A stretch of 64,000 nt of DNA, taken from the NCBI GenBank assembly GCA_041652815.1, contig JBAZGN010000001.1, positions 445,855-509,854 of the forward strand, given 5' to 3'. The translations under genes were made by a program, and so were the position numbers. Each line of letters starts with the position of its first letter. Within the stretch, counting starts at the first letter, position 1. Shown piece after piece: positions 9,842-17,613 of this stretch. The notes under the pieces are model-generated. The model saw nothing but the letters and a program-made list of their open reading frames with translations, was not told the DNA's origin and did no database searches. This stretch comes from Candidatus Omnitrophota bacterium. Lineage in GTDB: Bacteria; Omnitrophota; Gorgyraeia; Duberdicusellales; 4484-171.

Positions 9842-10630
9842 ATGGCGACGATAAAAGAAAAATTTCAGCAACTTAAAAAACAGGGCAAAAAGGCGTTTAT
9901 TGCCTATGTGCCGTTTGGTTTTCCTTCTGTGCGGCACACAAAAGATATACTTTTGGCTCTTCAAGATTCCGGAGTGGATATTATTGAACTGGGTATTCCT
10001 TTTTCTGACCCGGTAGCTGATGGGCCTGTGATTCAGGAGGCAACTTCAATTGCATTAAAAAATGGGGCAAACACTCAGAATTTATTCATAACGTTAAATA
10101 AAATAAAAAAAGATATCAAGGTGCCGCTGGCTTTGATGACTTATTACAACCCAATTTTCAGGTTCGGCATCGATAACTTTTTTAAAAGTATGGATAAAGC
10201 CTGTGTTTCCGGCATTCTTACGGTAGATTTGCCTATTGATGAGGCATCCGAATATTTAAAAAAGGCTAAAAAATACAAGATAGAAACAGTATTTTTCATA
10301 ACCCCAGTTACCCCGCTTGCGCGCGCAAAAAAAATTATCGAAGCATCTGGAGGATTTGTTTATTACATTTCCGTAACTGGTACTACCGGAGTGCGTGAAA
10401 TTTCTTATGAAGCTTTGGCTAGCCACATAAGACAACTGAAAAAAAATACCACGCTTCCTATATGTGTGGGTTTCGGAGTGCATACAAAAGAGCAATTTGC
10501 AAATATCTGTAAATTCAGCGACGGAGCAATTATAGGAAGCGCGATAGTTAAATTTATAAGAGATAATCATTCAAAGCACGGGTTTTTGGATAAATTGAAA
10601 AAATATGTCATATCGTTGAGGGGTAGTTAA
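9842..10630 (+). CDS. trpA: Tryptophan synthase alpha chain
   Basis: 262 aa with the GIPFSDPVADGPVIQ motif and TIM-barrel TrpA architecture. Confidence 0.9.
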   Translation: MATIKEKFQQLKKQGKKAFIAYVPFGFPSVRHTKDILLALQDSGVDIIELGIPFSDPVADGPVIQEATSIALKNGANTQNLFITLNKIKKDIKVPLALMTYYNPIFRFGIDNFFKSMDKACVSGILTVDLPIDEASEYLKKAKKYKIETVFFITPVTPLARAKKIIEASGGFVYYISVTGTTGVREISYEALASHIRQLKKNTTLPICVGFGVHTKEQFANICKFSDGAIIGSAIVKFIRDNHSKHGFLDKLKKYVISLRGS

Positions 10631-10643
10631 TGAAACCGATATA

Positions 10644-10743
10644 CGATAGAAACACAATAGAAATACGGTAGATATACAATTGTATTTCTATTGTATCTCG
10701 CGAGCGTAGCGAGCGTATTTCAACTGTATTTCTATTACGGTAT
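10644..10743. repeat. Palindromic element with tandem GCGAGCGTA repeat downstream of trpA
   Basis: CGATAGAAACACAATAGAAATAC...GTATTTCTATTGTATCTCG hairpin, CGAGCGTAG x2, and a third GTATTTCTATT copy. Confidence 0.6.
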
Positions 10744-10757
10744 GAATCTATCAAAAT

Positions 10758-12026
10758 ATGTACAACATAGCCAACATAAACGGTGCAACTTTCATATTTT
10801 CTCCTTTTAAAAACCTGGAAACTGCATCCTTGGGTGTTTTTATCAAGATAGGTTCACGTTTTGAAGCTAAAAAATTGCGAGGTATTTCTCATTTCCTTGA
10901 ACATATGGTTTTTAAGGGCAGTAAAGATTATTCTTATCGGGAAATAAAGAGAGAAATTGAAGGCAGAGGTGGTGCGTTAAACGGTTTTACCTCCCAGGAA
11001 ACAACCGCCTATTATGCTCATTTTCTAAACAAAAATCTGCCGGTTACTTTGGACATACTTCTTGACATGGTATTTTGCCCCCGGTTAAACATAAACGATA
11101 TAACAAAGGAAAGAAATGTAATACTCGAAGAAATAAAAATGTATAATGACCTTCCTGCTTCGCGCGCCGCAAGCATTCTCGATAAGCTTGTCTGGCCGGA
11201 TAATTCTCTTGGCGAGGAGATTATAGGAGATTTTTCTACCGTAAGCCGGATAAAGAGGGCTGACCTTTCAAACTTTAGAGATATTTATTATAAGCCTTCA
11301 AATTTAGTAATTTCTTGTAGCGGAGATTATAACCGCGAAAAAGTATTAAATTTGCTTAAAGAAAAAATTAAGAAAATTCCCCAGAGTATTAATCTTAAAT
11401 ATACTGCTCCGCGGCCGCTTTACGGTATGCACGTTGAAATAGAAAATAAAAAGATTGAACAAACGCATCTTTGTATAGGTTTTAGAAGCGTTTCTTATTT
11501 AAGCCAGCAAAAATTTGTTGCCGAGCTTATAAACGTTATATTGGGCGCAAATATGAGCAGCCGTCTTTTTGAGGAAATAAGGGAAAAGAAAGCTCTTTGC
11601 TATGAAATTTCAACAGATGTAAGAAAATATAGAGATAGTGGAGTGTTTGTGGTGCACGCAGGCCTGAACAAGGATAAAATCAAAATAGCCATAGCAAGCA
11701 TTTTTAAAGAGCTTGAAAAGATTAAAGAAATAAAAGTTTCTGATTGTGAATTAATCCGGGCGAAGGACTATATATTGGGCCAGATAATAATGGGTTTGGA
11801 GCGCCCCCAGGGCCGGATGTTTTATCTTGCGGAAAATTACCTTTCTTTGGGTAAAATTTATTCTTTGGAAGAGATAAAAGAAGAAATAAAAAAGGTAACT
11901 GCCGAGGAGATAAGAAAATTATCCAGAGAAATATTCAAATTCAATAACTTATGTGTCTCCTGCGTGGGGGATGTGGATGGCAAGACCGAAAAATTAATCA
12001 GGAAAATATTAAGTTCATTCAAATAA
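10758..12026 (+). CDS. M16 family zinc peptidase (pitrilysin/insulinase-like)
   Basis: Inverted zinc motif HFLEHMVFKGS (HxxEH) near the N-terminus, 422 aa. Confidence 0.8.
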   Translation: MYNIANINGATFIFSPFKNLETASLGVFIKIGSRFEAKKLRGISHFLEHMVFKGSKDYSYREIKREIEGRGGALNGFTSQETTAYYAHFLNKNLPVTLDILLDMVFCPRLNINDITKERNVILEEIKMYNDLPASRAASILDKLVWPDNSLGEEIIGDFSTVSRIKRADLSNFRDIYYKPSNLVISCSGDYNREKVLNLLKEKIKKIPQSINLKYTAPRPLYGMHVEIENKKIEQTHLCIGFRSVSYLSQQKFVAELINVILGANMSSRLFEEIREKKALCYEISTDVRKYRDSGVFVVHAGLNKDKIKIAIASIFKELEKIKEIKVSDCELIRAKDYILGQIIMGLERPQGRMFYLAENYLSLGKIYSLEEIKEEIKKVTAEEIRKLSREIFKFNNLCVSCVGDVDGKTEKLIRKILSSFK

Positions 12027-12098
12027 GCTATCAGTCATCAGCTAAAAAGCTGACAGCTGATATCTGAAGACTGACAGCTTTGACAAAAGGAGGTAAAC

Positions 12099-12527
12099 AT
12101 TCCTAAAAAAACTTCACCAAACAAATTAAAAGCTTTAAAAATCGCGCAGTTTACCCTTGATAAAAAAGCGAAACATACTGTTATTCTTGATGTGAGTTCG
12201 CTTTCCGGCCTTTGCGATTATTTTGTTATCTGTAGCGCAGAAACCGGCACTCAGGCCGATGCTATCTTGAATTGGGTGGCTGCAAACGCCAAAGAGAATA
12301 ATCTTAAGATACATCACTACGAAAAAGACGAATTGTCTGACTGGGTTCTTGTTGATTTTTCTGATGTAATACTGCATGTATTCGTAAATGAGGCGAGAAA
12401 ATTTTATAACCTTGAGCATCTTTGGGCTGACGCTAAAAGAGTAAGAATCCCCAGGAAAGTAGAAGCGGATACCCGCGGATCAAAACACGGATTGCCGCCA
12501 GCGATTCGCTTGCGTAAATCCGCGTAG
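12099..12527 (+). CDS. rsfS: Ribosome silencing factor RsfS (Iojap), C-terminus extended by a repeat element
   Basis: Core VILDVSSLSGLCDYFVICSAETGTQADAI matches RsfS/DUF143. The true start is uncertain: the frame is open from 12084 with AGGAGG at 12086, and the ORF track starts at GTG 12192. The last ~23 aa (EADTRGSKHG...) are encoded by the palindromic repeat. Confidence 0.7.
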   Translation: MPKKTSPNKLKALKIAQFTLDKKAKHTVILDVSSLSGLCDYFVICSAETGTQADAILNWVAANAKENNLKIHHYEKDELSDWVLVDFSDVILHVFVNEARKFYNLEHLWADAKRVRIPRKVEADTRGSKHGLPPAIRLRKSA

Positions 12528-12552
12528 ATATCCGCGGTAATCCGCATCTATT
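12459..12552. repeat. ~95-bp GCGGAT-rich imperfect palindromic element (family A), copy 1
   Basis: GTAGAAGCGGATACCCGCGGAT...ATCCGCGGTAATCCGCATCTA. Terminal inverted repeats shared with copies at 14643, 22682 and 25563. Confidence 0.8.
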
Positions 12553-12567
12553 ATAAGGAGAAATCAT

Positions 12568-12825
12568 ATGCACGAGTATCACTTAGCCGAATCAGTCCTA
12601 AAAAGCATTTTAGAAAAAACGAAACATATGTCTGGCATAAAGAGCATAACGTTTATTCGCTTAAAAATAGGTAACCTAAAAATGGTAAGCAAAGAAACCT
12701 TTAGTGAAACTTTTAAACAGGTGGCAAAAGGAACGCTTTGCGAAAATGCAAAGCTGGACATAGAGGAAGTAATGGGAGATGTTCTTGTCGTGAAGGATAT
12801 TGAAGGGGAATTCTTGGGCAAATAA
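12568..12825 (+). CDS. HypA-like nickel-binding N-domain protein lacking the C-terminal zinc finger
   Basis: MHEYHLAESVL...GTLCENAKLDIEEV matches the HypA/HybF N-terminal MHE domain. The 85-aa ORF stops before any CxxC...CxxC module. Confidence 0.5.
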   Translation: MHEYHLAESVLKSILEKTKHMSGIKSITFIRLKIGNLKMVSKETFSETFKQVAKGTLCENAKLDIEEVMGDVLVVKDIEGEFLGK

Positions 12826-12828
12826 AGA

Positions 12829-13398
12829 ATGTTTACCGGAATAATAAAGGAATTAGGCAGCGTAGAAAAAATATCAAAAAACAGCGCCTTGACTAAAATA
12901 GGCGTAAAAACAAAGGCTGTTTTTGAGCAAGCGAATGTTTCGGACAGCATTTCTATAGACGGCGTTTGCCTGACGGTTACAGATAAAAAAAACGATATAC
13001 TTTTTTTTGATGCGGTCAAATCTACGATTGAAAAAACAAATCTCAAAAGGATAAAGCTAAGAGATTTTGTAAACCTTGAACCAGCGCTTAAAATGGGAGG
13101 CAGTCTTGGCGGCCACTTTGTCTTAGGGCATGTTGACTGTGAAGCCAAGGTAAAAAGAATAATTAAGAAAAATAATTATTGGCAACTAGAGGTAAACTTT
13201 CCGGTAAACTTTAGAAAATATGTCACAGATAATGGCTCAGTTTCTTTAAATGGCATTTCTCTTACTGTAAAAAAAGTTACACCGCGTTTTTTTACCGTTG
13301 ACATAATCCCTTTTACCTACGAGAATACGAATTTGAAATATAAAAGAGTAGGCGACTGGATTAATGTAGAGTTTGATTATTTATTGAAACGCAGATAA
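12829..13398 (+). CDS. ribE: Riboflavin synthase alpha subunit
   Basis: MFTGIIKELG start with internal duplication (GVCLTV / GISLTV lumazine-binding repeats), 189 aa. Confidence 0.85.
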   Translation: MFTGIIKELGSVEKISKNSALTKIGVKTKAVFEQANVSDSISIDGVCLTVTDKKNDILFFDAVKSTIEKTNLKRIKLRDFVNLEPALKMGGSLGGHFVLGHVDCEAKVKRIIKKNNYWQLEVNFPVNFRKYVTDNGSVSLNGISLTVKKVTPRFFTVDIIPFTYENTNLKYKRVGDWINVEFDYLLKRR

Positions 13399-13426
13399 TT
13401 TCAAATGAAATTACCTGTATTTAATT

Positions 13427-13504
13427 CGGGGCGTGGCTCAGCCCGGCTAGAGCGCTTGGTTCGGGACCAAGATGTCGGTGGTTCAAATCCACTCGCCCCG
13501 ACCA
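13427..13504 (+). tRNA. tRNA-Pro (anticodon CGG)
   Basis: Manual cloverleaf fold: acceptor CGGGGCG/CGCCCCG, D-arm GCTC/GAGC, anticodon stem CTTGG/CCAAG with loop TTCGGGA, T-arm GGTGG-TTCAAAT-CCACT, discriminator A, encoded CCA. Confidence 0.85.
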
Positions 13505-13635
13505 TTTCTTACTAACAAATGTCGGCAACGCCATAGGTTCAACCCCGAACCAGAACAAAGTTCGGCTCGGGGTTGCCCAGCACCGAACTTCGTTCTGGTG
13601 CTGGGCAAATCCCTCTCTCCCGACTCTGTTTTTAT

Positions 13636-13697
13636 CTGCTATTCCTTTGATACGGCCTTTGGCCAGGCTTAAGACTTCCTTCGGCCGCTGCCATCTG
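13636..13697. repeat. ~62-bp GC-rich element (family C), intergenic copy downstream of tRNA-Pro
   Basis: GCTATTCCTTTGATACGGCCTTTGGCCAGGCTTAAGACTTCCTTCGGCCGCTGCCATCTG, about 87% identical to the copy at 27528..27589. Confidence 0.75.
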
Positions 13698-13714
13698 TTT
13701 TCCCTACTTTTTCA

Positions 13715-13742
13715 TTGCAAATCAACGATTATCCGATAAAAT
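13715..13742 (+). promoter_or_regulatory. Putative promoter (TTGCAA-16-TAAAAT) upstream of ROK glucokinase
   Basis: TTGCAA at 13715-13720 and TAAAAT at 13737-13742, just upstream of the glk start. Confidence 0.35.
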
Positions 13743-13748
13743 ATTGTG

Positions 13749-14711
13749 ATGAAAGTTTTTTTGGGTATTGATTGGGGGGGTACCTATATAAAGGCCGGGA
13801 TAGTTAATTCGAGCGGCAAAATCCTAAAAAAAATAGTATATTCCTCGAGCCAGCTTAAAAGGCGGCAAGCGTTTACAGGCGAGATAAAAAGATTAAAAGA
13901 TACATTTAAAAAATATAATATCAAAGCCGTAGGCATAGGCGCTCCAGGTATAATTAATGTAGAGCGAGGCTCGATATACTACCTGCCAAATGTCCCGGGT
14001 TGGGAAAATTCCCCTCTTAAAACAATGCTCGAGAAAGAGCTTAAAATACCCGTGTTTATTGATAATGATGCAAATATTTTTGCCCTTGCTGAAGTACGTA
14101 AAGGCGCAGGGCGCGGAATGAGCCGCGCGATATTCTTAACCCTTGGCACAGGCCTTGGCGGCGCGGTTATTTTTAATGGGCAAATTATAGAAGGGAAAAC
14201 CAGCGCTTCTGAGCTCGGGCATGTGGTTATTGATGTAAACGGAAAAAAATGCGGCTGCGGAGGCTATGGGTGTATCGAAACTTTTACCGGAAGTAACCAT
14301 TTGCTCGAAAGGTACCGCCAGCTTAAAAAAATAAAAACTGCGCCAAAAGAAGTTAAAGAAATTTTTGATAAAGCAAAAACGGGAAAGAAAGAAGCATTAA
14401 TCGTTTGGCAGGAGTTTTCCAAATATTTAGGAAAATTTCTTGCAGGAATGATTAATATATTCAATCCGCAGGTCATAATTCTTGGAGGAGGAGTTTCAGG
14501 GGCATTTAACCTGTTTCGGCCTTTGCTTTGGCAGGCTATAAAAGCGCAAGCAATGTGGCCGCAGCTTACCGGCTTAAAATTAGTTAAAGCAAAGCTAAAA
14601 GATGCAGGAATTATAGGCGCAGCCTTGTTGGCTAAGGATAAACTAGAAGCGGATACCCGCGCAACTAACGCGGATAAACGCAAGCCAAGTCCCGTGCGGA
14701 TATCCGCGTAG
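13749..14711 (+). CDS. ROK-family glucokinase, C-terminus extended by a repeat element
   Basis: Has the DWGGT N-terminal motif and the ROK zinc motif GHVVID...CGCGGYGCIE. The tail LEADTRATNADKRKPSPVRISA is read from the repeat. Confidence 0.8.
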   Translation: MKVFLGIDWGGTYIKAGIVNSSGKILKKIVYSSSQLKRRQAFTGEIKRLKDTFKKYNIKAVGIGAPGIINVERGSIYYLPNVPGWENSPLKTMLEKELKIPVFIDNDANIFALAEVRKGAGRGMSRAIFLTLGTGLGGAVIFNGQIIEGKTSASELGHVVIDVNGKKCGCGGYGCIETFTGSNHLLERYRQLKKIKTAPKEVKEIFDKAKTGKKEALIVWQEFSKYLGKFLAGMINIFNPQVIILGGGVSGAFNLFRPLLWQAIKAQAMWPQLTGLKLVKAKLKDAGIIGAALLAKDKLEADTRATNADKRKPSPVRISA

Positions 14712-14736
14712 ATATCTGCGGCAATCCGCTTCTATA
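14643..14736. repeat. Family A palindromic element, copy 2
   Basis: CTAGAAGCGGATACCCGCG...GCGGCAATCCGCTTCTATA. Supplies the C-terminal 22 codons of the glucokinase ORF. Confidence 0.8.
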
Positions 14737-14749
14737 AATAAGGAGTGCG

Positions 14750-15397
14750 ATGAAATTATTTATCGACAGTGCAAACATCGAAGAAATAAAAAAGGCAAAT
14801 GCGCTTGGGGTTCTTGACGGAGTTACTACGAATCCTACTCTTCTTGCCAAAGAGAAACAAAAACCGCTTGAGCAACTTAAAAAAATATGCAAGGAAGTTA
14901 CCGGGCCTGTAAGCGCTGAAGTTATTGCGCTTAGTGCGCCGGATATGATAAAAGAAGCGCGGCAACTTTCTAAGCTATCAGATAATATTGTCATAAAAAT
15001 TCCTTCAACCGTTGAAGGCCTGAAAGCGACAAAAGAACTTACTTCCTTGGGTATTAAGACAAACCTTACTCTTTGTTTCTCGGCTTCTCAAAGCTTACTT
15101 GTTGCAAAGGCAGGTGCTACTTATGTTTCTCCTTTTGTGGGCAGGCTCGATGATATTTCCTTCGAAGGAATGGATTTAATAAAGGATATCAAGTTAATCT
15201 ATAATCAATATAATATTCCCACCCAGATTATCGTTGCCTCTATCCGGCACCCCTTGCATTTTGTTGAAGCCGCCCGAATAGGCGCGGATGTTGCAACGGT
15301 GCCCTATGCAGTCATCGAAAAACTTATGCAACACCCTTTAACCGATATAGGAATTAAAAGATTCCTTGAGGATTGGAAAACTTTGGATAAAAAATAG
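14750..15397 (+). CDS. tal: Short-type transaldolase / fructose-6-phosphate aldolase family protein
   Basis: 215 aa, [15 protein letters not shown]...GVTTNPTLL, as in TalC/FsaA. Confidence 0.8.
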   Translation: MKLFIDSANIEEIKKANALGVLDGVTTNPTLLAKEKQKPLEQLKKICKEVTGPVSAEVIALSAPDMIKEARQLSKLSDNIVIKIPSTVEGLKATKELTSLGIKTNLTLCFSASQSLLVAKAGATYVSPFVGRLDDISFEGMDLIKDIKLIYNQYNIPTQIIVASIRHPLHFVEAARIGADVATVPYAVIEKLMQHPLTDIGIKRFLEDWKTLDKK

Positions 15398-15399
15398 AG

Positions 15400-17613
15400 A
15401 TGAAAGAAATATTTAACAAGATAATATTTACTATAGCTATCTTTGCTTTTCTTTCTTGTTTTCCTTTTCTTGCCTTTCCTCAGGAAAAAGTCCTCCCGGT
15501 TGAAATTAACGGAGATGAAATAAATTATGTACAGGCAGACGGCACGGTTCTTGTCAAAGGCCATGTCAAACTGAAATACAAGGAGATGGTGATTACATGC
15601 GATGAGGCAAGTTATAATGCGAATACCAACATTGCCAATTTAAAAAGCAACGTAAAAATAGTGAGAAAAGATACAACTATTTACGGCGAAACAGTAGTTT
15701 ATGATTTTAACAGCCAGAACGCAAAAATGGTAAATATGAGGATAGTATCGCCTCCGGTTTACGGTAAGGCAACTTCCGCCGGCAGCGAAGGCTCGAATAA
15801 ATATGTCTTAACTGGCGGATATATCACAACCTGTGACTTGGAGAAGCCTCACTATAAACTGATGGCAAAACAGATAATTGCTTATCCTAAGGTAAAGATT
15901 GTTGCCAAAAATGTCGTGATGAAAGTTGGCGAAATTCCTGTTTTTTATTTCCCTTACCTGGCAGTTCCGCTTAAAGATAAATCTTTTCCTTTTATGATAG
16001 TTCCAGGAAGTAGCAATGACTGGGGTTCTTATGTTTTAGGCCGCTGGCGTTATCATCTTAATGACCAGCAGCGTGGCCGCATTATACTTGATTGGTATGA
16101 GAAAAGAGGCGTTGGTTATGGTATAAGCCATCATGTTGAGAGCAAAAAATATGGCGAAGCCCTTGTTAACTATTACAATATAGAAGATGACCTTTATAAG
16201 CTGGGAAATCGGGAAGAACTTTTTGACAGGTATCCGGAAAGGAAAAGTATTGACCCTAAATATTTGCAAGATGACCGTTATAAAGCGCAATTCTCGCATA
16301 GTTGGCAGCCTACGGAAAATTTGTCTTTATTAAGCGAATTTAACAAATTCTCTGACGAATTTTTTATGAAAGATTTTTTCACCCGTGAATACGAAATAGA
16401 ACCGCACCCATTAAGCTATAATTTAACAACTTATTCTTTCCCGAATTCTTCTCTGTCACTTTTAACGCAGGCAAGGGCAAACCACTTTTTTTCTGAAGTA
16501 GAATATCTGCCTCAACTTGAATATGATTTTTACCAGCAGACCCTGGGTCAAACAGGCCTGTATTTTCAATCAAAGACAACTGCAGGAAGCCTTGCGCAAA
16601 AAACCGCAAACTCCGGGCTTGGTGAGTCTTCAGGAAGAGTTTATACCAATAATGTTCTAAGCCGCCCGCAAAACTTTTTTGGCTGGCTTTATATTAATCC
16701 TTATATAGGTAATTATAGTAGTTTTTATTCAAAAACTTTGGTTGACGAAGAAAATATTTGGCGTACTACCCCTACAGCAGGCGCTGACGTGAGCACAAAA
16801 CTATACAAAATATTTAACACTAATTTTAATTTTTTTGGCACACCCGTTAAAAATATGCGCCATATCGTTACCCCAACCATTACCTATGCTTATACCCGTC
16901 CGCCTACAGTAGCGAATAGCAAGATTATTCAGTTTGACGCAATTGATAATCTGGCGAGAAATGAAACAGTAACAGTCACCTTGTATAATAAATTGCAAGC
17001 GAGAAATAATGAAAAAGTCTGGGATTTTTTATATTTTAGCCCGTCTTTTGAATTTCAAATTAATCGAAAAGAAGGAGTAAGCTTTTTTGATGAAACTGGC
17101 AATACCGTAGAACGAAGGGGCACTTATCTTAACCGGATAAAATCTGATTTAGAAATTTATTTTGCCGATGGTGTTTCTTTTAACGGCAATACTGACTTTG
17201 ACGCTCTTACGAATGTTCTAAAAGAAGCAAATGCAGATTTAACTTTTCGTGACGTTAAAAAAGATAAATATTCGGTATCTGTTGGGCATAGATATGCCGT
17301 AGAATACGGTTCTGCCAGTGATCCTAGAATGTATAGCTCGCAAAGCACCTTGGATTTTGAATACCAGCTTACACAAAAATTGCGATTTAAGAATTACCTG
17401 CGCTATGAATATAAAACCGGAGCATTTGAAGAACAGCAATATGCTCTTCGGCAAGACTTGCATTGCTGGTGGATGGATGTCGGGGTAGATGTGGATAGGC
17501 AGAGAGAGGGTGTTACGGATTTAACCTTTTGGGTGGCTTTTACGCTTAAGGACTTTCCGGATCTTCATATTGGATTTGACCAAACTTACAGCGGTGCAAA
17601 GAAGACTTATTAA
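15400..17613 (+). CDS. lptD: LPS-assembly outer-membrane protein LptD (OstA) homolog
   Basis: 737 aa with a signal peptide, an OstA-like N-terminal beta-jellyroll and a large C-terminal beta-barrel region ending in aromatic residues. This implies a diderm envelope. Confidence 0.7.
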   Translation: MKEIFNKIIFTIAIFAFLSCFPFLAFPQEKVLPVEINGDEINYVQADGTVLVKGHVKLKYKEMVITCDEASYNANTNIANLKSNVKIVRKDTTIYGETVVYDFNSQNAKMVNMRIVSPPVYGKATSAGSEGSNKYVLTGGYITTCDLEKPHYKLMAKQIIAYPKVKIVAKNVVMKVGEIPVFYFPYLAVPLKDKSFPFMIVPGSSNDWGSYVLGRWRYHLNDQQRGRIILDWYEKRGVGYGISHHVESKKYGEALVNYYNIEDDLYKLGNREELFDRYPERKSIDPKYLQDDRYKAQFSHSWQPTENLSLLSEFNKFSDEFFMKDFFTREYEIEPHPLSYNLTTYSFPNSSLSLLTQARANHFFSEVEYLPQLEYDFYQQTLGQTGLYFQSKTTAGSLAQKTANSGLGESSGRVYTNNVLSRPQNFFGWLYINPYIGNYSSFYSKTLVDEENIWRTTPTAGADVSTKLYKIFNTNFNFFGTPVKNMRHIVTPTITYAYTRPPTVANSKIIQFDAIDNLARNETVTVTLYNKLQARNNEKVWDFLYFSPSFEFQINRKEGVSFFDETGNTVERRGTYLNRIKSDLEIYFADGVSFNGNTDFDALTNVLKEANADLTFRDVKKDKYSVSVGHRYAVEYGSASDPRMYSSQSTLDFEYQLTQKLRFKNYLRYEYKTGAFEEQQYALRQDLHCWWMDVGVDVDRQREGVTDLTFWVAFTLKDFPDLHIGFDQTYSGAKKTY

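Noticed and set aside
13472-13672. 66-aa + strand ORF overlapping the tRNA-Pro 3' end and GC-rich hairpins
   Set aside because: It starts inside the tRNA and runs through palindromic repeat sequence. The Pro/Arg-rich translation is a by-product of GC-rich repeats.
13427-14745. Integrated mobile element or prophage at tRNA-Pro
   Set aside because: No integrase, recombinase or phage genes follow the tRNA. Downstream genes are metabolic (glucokinase, transaldolase), and only small repeats are present.
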